Origin: Candidatus Omnitrophota bacterium
GTDB taxonomy: Bacteria > Omnitrophota > Gorgyraeia > Zapsychrales > Zapsychraceae
Length of the DNA stretch: 64,000 nt
Reading direction: 5' to 3'
Assembly: GCA_015233115.1 (NCBI GenBank)
Contig: JADFYJ010000010.1
Span: 5,083 to 69,082 of the forward strand
The translations under genes and the position numbers were made by a program. The notes below the pieces were generated by a model. It was not told the DNA's origin, made no database searches, and was given only the letters and a program-made list of their open reading frames with translations. Positions 38,901-46,805 of this stretch are shown piece after piece (within the stretch, counting starts at the first letter, position 1; every line of letters begins with the position of its first letter).

Positions 38901-41543
38901 TTTCGACTTGTGTAATGCGTCTAAAAAGGAAATAAGCAGAGGAGGAAAAAATATCATTTCAAATACGACACACGTCCAATGCCAAGGCGAAGGAATAATC
39001 GTCCAACTCATCAGCAAAAGGGCTATTAACGCAAATGGCACTAGACTACGCCTTAAATTATCAAAAATTTTCCATTGCGACAAAAATGATAAAGTATTTT
39101 TCTGCTTGTGCCCGTCAGATGACGGAACTTTGGACCACAACCAGCCTAATAATTGCCAATCTCCGCGGATCCAACGGTGCCGACGCCTAACATCTGTACT
39201 GTAACGGAAAAGATTTTCCTCGTACAATTCGACGTTACTCAACAGTCCGGAACGGGCATAACATCCTTCCCAAAGGTCATGGCTCAAAATCTTACCTTCA
39301 GGAAACCGTCCTTTGCACGCCCTTTCAAAAATATCCAAATCATAAATCCCTTTGCCGATAAATGAACCTTCCCCAAACAGATCCTGGTAAACATCCGAAA
39401 CCGTACGGGTATAAGGATCTATCCCCGGCTCACCTGCGTATAACCTCGCGTAAAAGGACCGATTCGCTCCTGCCAGGCTGGTACTCACCCGCGGCTGAAG
39501 TATTCCGTAGCCTTCGCAGACACATTGTTTCTGCTCGTCATAACGGGCGCGGTTTAAAGGGTGCGCCATGGTTTCTACCAGCTGACGAGCACAATCACGG
39601 GGTAATTGCGTATCTGTATCCAAGGTAATGATATATTTAACATTTTTCAATACCGCCAAATCACCTACGATGAGTAAAAATTTTTCCTGGGAGCCTCCGC
39701 GCAGCAGGCCATTTAAATCCGCTAATTTCCCGCGTTTACGTTCATATCCCATCCAAATGCCTTCACAAGGATTCCAGCTCCGTGGCCGGTGGAACAGAAA
39801 AAAAATATCAGGCCTGCCTTTTTTATATTTACTGTTAAGCTCTACAATTTTTTCCTGGGTTAATCGTAGAAGCGCATCGTCATCAGGCATAGTTTCTTGA
39901 GGCGCGTCCTGAAAGTCAGTTAATAATCCAAAATGTAATTGTTCATCCTGATTAGCCAAAAACCTCACTTCCAAGGCTTCGATAAGCCGCTCTATGTTCT
40001 GTGAACTTGTGAGCATGGTGGGCACAACTATTAAGGTAAGAAATTCCGACGGAATTCCTTTCGAAAAATCCATACGCGGCAATACCTGCGGCTTGACCAT
40101 TGACATGGCCATGTAGTTGACTAGCTCTAAGGCCAATTGACTCATGGCGACAATTAAAAAAACGCCAAAAGCCGCAGCTTTCCATGCCATAACATTCATG
40201 CCATAGAGATGGATCCAAAGGACACCCATCCCCCAAAATGTTAACACGGCAACAGCCCCGAGATACAGCAACAAGGCAAATCGTTGCGCTAATTTATATG
40301 CTTTTTCTATGATTGAAAACTGGTTCCGTACAGCTTGTTCAAGTTGTGACAATCCTTTATCGATTAAATAAAAACCGACGTGAGCGGTCCGGTCACTGAC
40401 TCCGTTTTTCCCAGCCGCTTCACTTGCTAATTGAACCGCTTTTTGCGCCACCTCACTTTCAAAAATTCCGCTCCTTTTCGCTATGTTCTCAACCACATGA
40501 CGGTAGCGGTCACGAGTAGCAAAATCCATCTGAGCATAAAATCCGGCAGGATCTTTGAGTAAAAACTTTTCGACAATACTCATTGTCTCCACAAATTCAC
40601 GCCAATCCATCGCCGACAACAAACGAAGACTTCCGATGCTATTACTGATAGACACCTGATTAGCCGCTTGTTGTTGATTTTCTAAATTAACCAAATGCTC
40701 AATGGTTAATCCCGACTCTGCCAGCCACTGATTAATCCAGGTCAACGGTAAGGCCAAGGATGGACTATGCCCCTGTAAACGGCGGGTCAGCTCAGCCACA
40801 AAAGAGCTCGACATGGGGGGGGTTGACCGTGCCATGTCCGCGACGATTAAAACTAAAGTTTTAGGTTCTCTCGCGGCAACTTCCGCCATTTGATCCGCCC
40901 AAAAATCAGCCAAATTTTGATCCATTCTTCCCACCGTGATACGAGCAGCCACCCGCCGTAGATTTTCAATCAAGGCCAGCCGCAGCATAATAGGAATGGC
41001 CCACAACTCGCCCAAATTTAACAGGGTGACTTGCTGATAAGCCTTTATAAAATTATTCAAAATTTCCAGATCTATCCGTCCATCACCATGAGCAACCATT
41101 TCTAAAGCAATGTCATACACCCTCGGCAGGCCCTGCGAAGGACCATTCATTAATAGAGGCAATTCCCGATGATAACTTTTGGGTAAATGCCGCTTAGCCG
41201 TACGAACCTGCTCTTCGATCAAATAAAAATTATCCAGCAGCCATTCACCTGCCGGCGTACCTAAACGCTTGGCCTTAACCGCCTCAGTCAGCAAGGCATG
41301 AGTTTCCCCCAGTACCATTTCGTTTTCTGTCAGCCTGGTCAAAAGCAATAGTGAAGAACGTTCCGTCGTTAATTTATGCAACCTGGCCAGCGTTTTGCCA
41401 TATTGTTTCATCTGTTCACTGCTGAACAATTCTGAGCGCAGGGGAGGCTCTTCGCGCATATGTTTGGGGAGCAAAATTTTACCGCGCAAACGCCTTAATA
41501 AATGAGAAAAAAATATTTTGATATCTGTTAATCTTATTTTCAT
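32946..41543 (-). CDS. cgs: Cyclic beta-1,2-glucan synthase (Cgs/NdvB/ChvB-like), 2865 aa: N-terminal polytopic membrane region, GT84-type glycosyltransferase domain, second TM region, and a C-terminal GH94-like (alpha/alpha)6 glucan-phosphorylase domain.
   Basis: The length is almost identical to Brucella/Agrobacterium Cgs/ChvB (about 2830-2870 aa). Domain order is TM, then GT with DxD, then TM, then a six-hairpin glycosidase/phosphorylase. This very large single ORF has no repeats. Its start is 4 nt past the stop of the downstream radical SAM gene. Confidence 0.8.
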   Translation of the reverse strand: MKIRLTDIKIFFSHLLRRLRGKILLPKHMREEPPLRSELFSSEQMKQYGKTLARLHKLTTERSSLLLLTRLTENEMVLGETHALLTEAVKAKRLGTPAGEWLLDNFYLIEEQVRTAKRHLPKSYHRELPLLMNGPSQGLPRVYDIALEMVAHGDGRIDLEILNNFIKAYQQVTLLNLGELWAIPIMLRLALIENLRRVAARITVGRMDQNLADFWADQMAEVAAREPKTLVLIVADMARSTPPMSSSFVAELTRRLQGHSPSLALPLTWINQWLAESGLTIEHLVNLENQQQAANQVSISNSIGSLRLLSAMDWREFVETMSIVEKFLLKDPAGFYAQMDFATRDRYRHVVENIAKRSGIFESEVAQKAVQLASEAAGKNGVSDRTAHVGFYLIDKGLSQLEQAVRNQFSIIEKAYKLAQRFALLLYLGAVAVLTFWGMGVLWIHLYGMNVMAWKAAAFGVFLIVAMSQLALELVNYMAMSMVKPQVLPRMDFSKGIPSEFLTLIVVPTMLTSSQNIERLIEALEVRFLANQDEQLHFGLLTDFQDAPQETMPDDDALLRLTQEKIVELNSKYKKGRPDIFFLFHRPRSWNPCEGIWMGYERKRGKLADLNGLLRGGSQEKFLLIVGDLAVLKNVKYIITLDTDTQLPRDCARQLVETMAHPLNRARYDEQKQCVCEGYGILQPRVSTSLAGANRSFYARLYAGEPGIDPYTRTVSDVYQDLFGEGSFIGKGIYDLDIFERACKGRFPEGKILSHDLWEGCYARSGLLSNVELYEENLFRYSTDVRRRHRWIRGDWQLLGWLWSKVPSSDGHKQKNTLSFLSQWKIFDNLRRSLVPFALIALLLMSWTIIPSPWHWTCVVFEMIFFPPLLISFLDALHKSKDVFWKQHLKTVFRAAAGRLAQRAFTVACLPYEAFFTLDAIVRTVVRMLITHKRFLEWNLYADTDGDSNDLIRSFLLMWIAPVTAVSVFIYLAGSAPHTLMFAGPVLLLWAVSPACVWWLSRLMPRREVKLSANQLFFLRKLSRKIWDFFETFVGQEDHWLPPDNYQETRMIKISHRTSPTNIGLALLANLSAYDFGIMTAQRLLERTENTFRSMAGLKRFRGHFFNWYDTQSLQPLLPNYISTVDSGNLAGFLLTLRPGLLALCDDKILGERWLESLKDTFLVLVDSIGDMNLFSTHQLEKDLESADEFKPATLEQVRLWLEAFGQHAEEFHTKISLSAEAEAIEWTQKLVQQCRHILDDLIFLVPKNYSGITGIPTLRELTKVEGEISTRALKRISDIERLVRQAGDFAQMEYDFLYDVKRKLLSIGYYSEERKLDSGFYDLLASEARLCYFTAIAQGQVPSESWFALGRLLTTSGGKPTLLSWSGSMFEYLMPLVVMPTYENTLLGQTYQAAVGRQIEYGKQFGVAWGISESGYNAIDANLNYQYRAFGVPGLGFKRGLTEDLVIAPYASLLALMVTPEPACLNLQRLACEGMMGQYGLYEAVDYTPSRRVRGRSSTILRSFLAHHQGMSLLALAYVLLDHPMQKRFRADPLFQANMLLLQERIPKSIPFYIHVNELSNIRALAAETQSPVRILKSPHTQVPEVQLLSNGRYHVMVTNAGGGYSRWKDMAVTRWREDTTCDNWGVFCYIRDIASGKFWSTAYQPTHKQPENYEVIFSQGRAEFRRRDYGLETHVEIVVSPEDDIELRRVRITNRSRGRRVIEVTSYSEVVLAPDMADALHPMFSNLFVQTEIIKSKQAILCSRRPRSVTEQEPWMFHLMSVHDAEIQKVSYETDRMQFIGRGYNLAEPYAMTQSHDLSGSQGSVLDPVTVIRGQMSLEPEQTVIINMVYGMGETRDKALSLIEKYHDWRIADRVFELSWTHSQVVLRQINATETDAQLFGHLAGFIIYAHASLRADPAVLIQNRRGQSGLWGSAISGDLPMVILQIGDLANVEIVRQMVQAHAYWRLKGLAVDLVIWNEALSGYRQLLQEQIMGLISATVQSQIAHNSGEIFVRPAEQISDEERILFQSVARAIISDRRGTLANQIYRHNFSEFPVEQFIPVKTFRPAIAPSLGETRHDLILFNGLGGFTPDGREYVICLSSDQVTPAPWVNVLANAHFGTIISENGLAYTWSENAHEFRLSPWNNDPVNDLTGEAFYLRDEETGQVWSPAPQPVHSRHPYLIRHGFGYSVFEHDEGGLHSELWVYVALESPVKFSVLKIRNISGRPRRLSATGYVEWVLGDLRSKTVMHVHTEVDPINGAIYARNFYNSEFSDIIAFFSTNDMGRTICADRAEFLGRNGSIHKPDALLRAHLSGRTGSALDPCAAIQVPFELADGEEREIVFTLGAGHNVEQVKNLVRNFCGSSGAQEALDAVNKYWTHTIGAVQVETPDSSLNVLANGWLIYQTLACRLWGRSGYYQSGGAFGFRDQLQDVMALNHCEPRLMREHLLLCASHQFLEGDVQHWWHPPSGRGVRTHCSDDYLWLVYATCHYVLSIGDTGVLDELVPFLRGRMVTVEEDSYYDLPKQSSEKVSLYEHCQRAIIKSLSIGQHGLPLMGSCDWNDGMNCVGQQGKGESVWLGFFLYDVLTQFIKMAQLRDDSAFVEICRAQLIQLKQNIEKNGWDGEWYRRAYFDDGALLGSAGNSECQIDSIAQSWSVLSGAADPDRGRKAMTSLNQRLVHRDTQIIQLLDPPFDKSGMNPGYIKGYVPGVRENGGQYTHAAIWAAMAFARLGDSRMAWELLDMINPVNHGKSLEEINIYKVEPYVVAADVYAVAPHVGRGGWTWYTGSAGWMYRLLLEFLLGLRLNVNQLSIEPCLPPEWKTFKIHYRYRDTLYHIEVSQILLGSGLAGVLVDGHLQENKMIELIDDHQDHRVEVRMIAENSQ

Positions 41544-43198
41544 GGATGGGACGCAAAAGGATAACCGTCCTGCCGGATATGACCTTTCGCAATCTGCAGT
41601 TTTTCAACAAATCGGTTTTTCTTAAAATTCAAATTCCATTCCTTGACAATACCCCAGCCTAAAACACGAAGCAGATCATTTCGCCAATAGCGATACCAAT
41701 TGATCCATCCCCGCTGAATATCATGAAAGAATATAATCACCGCGGGTAGCATCAAAATATCCAAACCAATTTTTAAAAAATATTTGAACTGATAAAACGA
41801 CGTCATGATTTGCTTCTGGGAGGCCTGCATTTCTTCCGCGGTCAACGGAGCATCCGGTTCAAAAATTGGAAAATTACCGTCATAAAATTCCCAACCAATA
41901 TAACGGATATCATAAATTCTTTTTTGCCGTTTAAGCCGCTCAGTCATTAACGTTCCCGGTAAAGGTACCGGAAGCAAAACTTGCACAGTATCAAGCTTGG
42001 CTTTTCGGATAAATGTTAAATAACGCTCAACCCGCTCTTTCGCTGTCATGGTAAAATGCGTACCTTCATCCAGAGGATATCCAAAAATAAACATGCCATG
42101 CACCAAAAACCCGAAATCATGAAAAATTTTAGTCAGCGCCAGCATATCTTCTGGTTGAATATGTTTATTCATGGCCTTTAATTCTTCAGCAATAGGCGAC
42201 TCATAACCAATACAAACCTTATTAATCCCCGCCTGATACATGGCTGAAAGAAGCTCCGGATCTTTGGCTTTATCCAGCCTAATCTGCGCCGTAAAATCAA
42301 GTTTTTTACCAATACGTTTTTGATAATCTTTAAGGATATAACAAAAACGGATCGTCTCATCCCGGTACTGTCCGAACAGATCATCCACAATAAAAAAATG
42401 CCGGGCATCCCGGGTCTCTACCAAAATACTGATCTGCGCCAAAAGACGTTCCGGTCTCGCCGGCCGCGGCTGACCCTTCACAGTACAAAATTCGCAATCC
42501 ATGCCACAGCCCCGAATTCTTTCTACAGGATAAATTTTTATCCGGGCATACCGTACTAAAGAAAAATCCGGTAAAGGCAATTGATCAAAATCAGCTAACT
42601 TTTCTCTTTCGCCGGTAAAAAATAATTTTCCATTTTTAAAATACGCGAGACCTTTGACTTGATCAATCTCTCCCTGGCCCATAATCGCGGCTAATAATTC
42701 TTTAATGACCAGTTCTCCTTCTCCGATAACGACATAATCGATTCCATGTGACAAAGCATCTAAAATATTATCCCCGGAAAAATGCTGACCTCCCGCGACT
42801 GTAATGACCCCTCTGCTTTTATAAAAACCAGCGACTTCATAAAGCCTGGGAACCGTGCTCGTTAATCCACCATAAAAACCGACCACATCCGCGGGTCTTT
42901 GCCTTTGCATGCGTCCATGATCCGGCTGGTCAAACTCGTCTTTGGGGGCATGCAAGGAAAAATTATTTTCATCAATAACTTCAGCATCCCAATTGGACAT
43001 TTTGTGGACGTTGGTGGCCACATAAACCGGCCCCAAACACGTTGTCATCCTGGCAATGTTCGAATAAACATTAAATGCCGGATAAGCAGGAATAACCATC
43101 CTAAATCTATATTTATTCATAGGTATATTATCTGCAAATTCAGATATAGATAAATGGGCGGAATCGTTTTTATATAGACTTTTTTCGCACATCCACAA
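41540..43198 (-). CDS. B12-binding-domain radical SAM enzyme (class B radical SAM; methyltransferase-like).
   Basis: The N-terminal region is cobalamin-binding-like. The radical SAM motif is CGMDCEFC (CxxxCxxC). Its start overlaps the cgs stop (ATGA). The start is uncertain (43198, or the internal ATG at 43120). Confidence 0.75.
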   Translation of the reverse strand: MWMCEKSLYKNDSAHLSISEFADNIPMNKYRFRMVIPAYPAFNVYSNIARMTTCLGPVYVATNVHKMSNWDAEVIDENNFSLHAPKDEFDQPDHGRMQRQRPADVVGFYGGLTSTVPRLYEVAGFYKSRGVITVAGGQHFSGDNILDALSHGIDYVVIGEGELVIKELLAAIMGQGEIDQVKGLAYFKNGKLFFTGEREKLADFDQLPLPDFSLVRYARIKIYPVERIRGCGMDCEFCTVKGQPRPARPERLLAQISILVETRDARHFFIVDDLFGQYRDETIRFCYILKDYQKRIGKKLDFTAQIRLDKAKDPELLSAMYQAGINKVCIGYESPIAEELKAMNKHIQPEDMLALTKIFHDFGFLVHGMFIFGYPLDEGTHFTMTAKERVERYLTFIRKAKLDTVQVLLPVPLPGTLMTERLKRQKRIYDIRYIGWEFYDGNFPIFEPDAPLTAEEMQASQKQIMTSFYQFKYFLKIGLDILMLPAVIIFFHDIQRGWINWYRYWRNDLLRVLGWGIVKEWNLNFKKNRFVEKLQIAKGHIRQDGYPFASHP

Positions 43199-46100
43199 TT
43201 AAAGGAAGGTGATCTGAGGCTAATTTTCCGAGGTCAGTCCGGGCGACAGCCACATGCGTTACTTCCAAATCTTCGCTCACGAAAACATGATCGATCCGGC
43301 CGATCGGATAATGACTAAACCACGTCGAGCGGGGACGGTGATGTTCCAGTTCGGTCTGGGCATCATTAAGAACTACCTTTATATCGCGGCAAAAAGCGGA
43401 ATTGGGAAGGGAATTTAGGTCACCGCATAAAACTACCGGGCCCGTACACGCGGGATGGCCTAACCACTCTGACCCCAATATTGCTTCAACTTGATGCGTA
43501 CGTTCCCAAGGTAAAACACTTAAATGAGTATTAAGAAATTGCAACCGCATATCTCCGATGTTGATGGCGGTCCACAACGCGCCGCGCGGCTCTGCCCAGG
43601 AATATTTCCCTGTGCCAGGCAAAGCTCCAGCACGAACCAGTTCCATGGGATAACGGCTTAAAATGGCATTGCCATACCGCTCTTCTTCAATCTGAAAAGA
43701 CGGATGAAAATGAACCATCATTTCTAATTGTTGCGCGATAATATGAGGTTGATCAACTCCCCCAGTGCGCGCCCGCTTCATATCTAATTCCTGAAGCGCG
43801 ACAATGTCAGGCTTAAGCCGGGCAATAACCCTGGCGATCCGTTCTGGCGAAATCTTGCCGTCGGTTCCAATACACCCATGGACATTAAAAGTCATAATTC
43901 GAATGGACTTATTAATGCCTTCATTCTGTTTGTAGGGAATAACATTGCCTATGAGCGTTTTGGCACAATCGCTTTCCCGTTCCAAAAATTGCAGGGCCGC
44001 TGTCCGCAAGTCCATAGTCACCACATATGGCTGGTTCTCCGACAAATGGACGACATCGGAAGGCAACAAAGCAAAAGCATTAGTTTCTTCCCAACCAGGT
44101 CCGGCATGAGACCCACTTTCAGAGGGAAAGGTCAGGTTTTTTTGACCCGGCCGGAATCCCATAAACGTAAAATTACCGGCATTAGGATGCTGGCATAGTT
44201 GAATAAGATCAGCGGTGACCGCCGCTAAATAAGGATGATCCTCTCCAAATATTTTTTTAGCATCCTGAGGTAATATAAACTCGCCATCCTCTCTCCACAC
44301 TCTAACCTGTCCATCTTCTTCCGGACGCATAACGACCGGGATTTTCGCCTGCTCAACTAATTTCCGTGCCAGTCTAACCTCATCATCCCTGCTCATTTGA
44401 GCCGGTAAATAGATATTACCCGTCGGGCCGATTGCCGTCACCACCAGTTTCGCCGCCTGTTCTGTGTCGTATGGAAGACTTGTATCCAATTTGGGAGTAT
44501 TTGTCTTGCCCAAAAACCTTACCCGTGTTAACTGGGAGCCAGTCGCCGCCGAAGGATGAACCACAAATTCAGATGAATAAAACTCCTTGAGTATTTCTAC
44601 CACAGCAGTTTCAACACTCCGGCCATATTTTATATGATATGAATCCGCCTCTTCTTGACCATGATCCGAATAAATCCAGACATCATAACGGCGCAGAGAA
44701 GAATGCATGGCTGTATTATAAATATTCTGGATAGCCCGGTCGATCCCTGGTAAAGTCCAACGAGCGGATCTTGATGACGGACCGCGATTATGAGAATGCT
44801 CGTCATAACCCAATAAATTAAAATGGATAATCGGCATACCGCGGGCCAGGTCCATCTTGACTCCCAAAATCACCAGTTCCCGTAACATCACACTTATTAA
44901 AGCGCGCAGATAAATAAATTTTATTTCATTTTTAAAATTTTTTTCCGCGAATAACCGCCAGCCATAATCTATGGTGCCTAAAATAATTTCCCAGCCCATT
45001 AACACAATCATCCGACCAAAAGCGAATAAATGCGTCGTAATTAAAACGGCTAAACTCCAAAGATTAAAATCTTTCCAAATTTTATTCCACCCTAAAAGAG
45101 CCGCACAAAAATGAGCTTCTTTTGCTCCTCCGGTAAAAATGTTTGAATACGAACTTCCGCCATCTAAAAGTCCCGGCCCCGTTAGAGCGAGACGACGTTC
45201 GATTTCGCTGGCCGCATCCCCATCATACATGGTGAATACTTTTTGAGTGTCCTGATCCCTAAATGAAAACGCGGGCACGCTTTGTTTTTTTCCATAAAAT
45301 AATTCTCCCTGAACCGCGGCGGTATTAGAAGGAAGGCCGGTATAAAGGGGATATAGTTCATACTGCTGCCGCGCTAATAGATTTTTCAAAAAAGGCATTT
45401 TATTGTCGGTTAGCGCAATTTTGAGCTGTGTTTGTGAAAATCCGTCGATTTGGATCATGACCAAACCCGGACAACTAGCCGTGTTCCCGCTTTTTAATAC
45501 CGGCTTTTGGGCGACAGTGGTCGCGTCCGACATAGCCATTCCCGTAGCTTTCATCATATTTTTAAACATTTCCCATTCGACTTTTAACCGATTGGCCAAA
45601 GCATGCCACGCCGTATCTTTCTCCTCAGATAAAATAATTTCTTTTTTTAAGACTTCTTCATACACCCTAAGCATTTTGGGGGCACACACCTCAATCGAAA
45701 ATTCTTGAACACTGATCCGTGCCTGTTGTTTCATCCGAAGATATTCTTCGTAGGGCTGATTCACACATCCCTGCAATGCCTCGACAAAATCGCCCTGATC
45801 CTGATGAAAAATTAACCGGCCATTATCCTGGTCTTTCACCACTTCCCTGACTCCTGTGGCGTCCAGAGCGACCACCGGCACGCTGGCAGCCATTGCCTCC
45901 AGAAGTACAATACCCTGTGTTTCACTCAGTGATGCGAAAGCAAAAACATCCATGGCATGATACGCGTCAACCAAATCCTGACCTTGCAAAGGACCAAGTA
46001 ACCGCATTCGTTCTCCTACGCCTGCTTCATGAAAAATTTTTTTGATGTCTTCTTCCAACGGCCCATTCCCGACCAACATCACATAAGCAGATGGATTTTT

Positions 46101-46784
46101 TTTCAAATATTCTGTTGTACACTGACTCAAAAATTCCAAATTTTTTTCTATAGCTAACCTTCCGACAAAACCAACCACCTTGGAGTTAAGGGGTATTCCC
46201 CAACGTTTGCGGATCACGCTTCCTTGTCCGTTGGCAAATTTTTTTAAGTCAATCCCTGTTGGCACAACCGTAATCGGCGACAGCACACCGCGCTCCACCA
46301 AGAGATCCTGGACGCTTTGGCTGGGAGCAATCACCTGGTCAGCCAGATTAGCATAACCGGCAGTCAATTCTATGACAAAACGCCTCATGCCTTCGTTTTG
46401 AACCGGAAGATAATGCATGTGATGTTCAAACATGGTGTGATAGGTAAACACTAAAGGGATATGATTTTGCCGGCATAAACGCAACGCAATGTCACCCATC
46501 CAAAACGGATGGTGGCTATGAACAATATCCGGCTGATACTGTTTCATCAATTCCGGTAAAAGACCCGACATGGGCAGAGCCATGGAAAAATTCGAATGAT
46601 TAAAATTTTGAATAGCTCTTATGCGCACCACACCTTCTTCATCAGGAGGCGCTCCTTCTGCTTCCGGTGCGACAATAATAACCTGATGCCCTAATTTTTC
46701 AAACCTATCCGTGAAGGATTGTATCGACTGCTCAATCCCTCCCACCATAGGAGTAAATGAATTGGTCATCATCAAAATTTTCAT
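43170..46784 (-). CDS. Three-domain enzyme: N-terminal GT4 glycosyltransferase, central alkaline-phosphatase-superfamily (type I phosphodiesterase / phosphotransferase, OpgB/LtaS-like) domain with internal TM helices, and C-terminal endonuclease/exonuclease/phosphatase (EEP) domain.
   Basis: GT4 N-terminus (GGIEQSI...HSHHP). VMIQIDGFSQ and GYDEHSH metal-site-like motifs in the middle. The C-terminus has MTFNVHGC...DIVALQEL...DHVFVS, typical of EEP. Confidence 0.65.
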   Translation of the reverse strand: MKILMMTNSFTPMVGGIEQSIQSFTDRFEKLGHQVIIVAPEAEGAPPDEEGVVRIRAIQNFNHSNFSMALPMSGLLPELMKQYQPDIVHSHHPFWMGDIALRLCRQNHIPLVFTYHTMFEHHMHYLPVQNEGMRRFVIELTAGYANLADQVIAPSQSVQDLLVERGVLSPITVVPTGIDLKKFANGQGSVIRKRWGIPLNSKVVGFVGRLAIEKNLEFLSQCTTEYLKKNPSAYVMLVGNGPLEEDIKKIFHEAGVGERMRLLGPLQGQDLVDAYHAMDVFAFASLSETQGIVLLEAMAASVPVVALDATGVREVVKDQDNGRLIFHQDQGDFVEALQGCVNQPYEEYLRMKQQARISVQEFSIEVCAPKMLRVYEEVLKKEIILSEEKDTAWHALANRLKVEWEMFKNMMKATGMAMSDATTVAQKPVLKSGNTASCPGLVMIQIDGFSQTQLKIALTDNKMPFLKNLLARQQYELYPLYTGLPSNTAAVQGELFYGKKQSVPAFSFRDQDTQKVFTMYDGDAASEIERRLALTGPGLLDGGSSYSNIFTGGAKEAHFCAALLGWNKIWKDFNLWSLAVLITTHLFAFGRMIVLMGWEIILGTIDYGWRLFAEKNFKNEIKFIYLRALISVMLRELVILGVKMDLARGMPIIHFNLLGYDEHSHNRGPSSRSARWTLPGIDRAIQNIYNTAMHSSLRRYDVWIYSDHGQEEADSYHIKYGRSVETAVVEILKEFYSSEFVVHPSAATGSQLTRVRFLGKTNTPKLDTSLPYDTEQAAKLVVTAIGPTGNIYLPAQMSRDDEVRLARKLVEQAKIPVVMRPEEDGQVRVWREDGEFILPQDAKKIFGEDHPYLAAVTADLIQLCQHPNAGNFTFMGFRPGQKNLTFPSESGSHAGPGWEETNAFALLPSDVVHLSENQPYVVTMDLRTAALQFLERESDCAKTLIGNVIPYKQNEGINKSIRIMTFNVHGCIGTDGKISPERIARVIARLKPDIVALQELDMKRARTGGVDQPHIIAQQLEMMVHFHPSFQIEEERYGNAILSRYPMELVRAGALPGTGKYSWAEPRGALWTAINIGDMRLQFLNTHLSVLPWERTHQVEAILGSEWLGHPACTGPVVLCGDLNSLPNSAFCRDIKVVLNDAQTELEHHRPRSTWFSHYPIGRIDHVFVSEDLEVTHVAVARTDLGKLASDHLPLIVDVRKKSI

Positions 46785-46805
46785 ATCATGGGGATAATAA
46801 AGACC

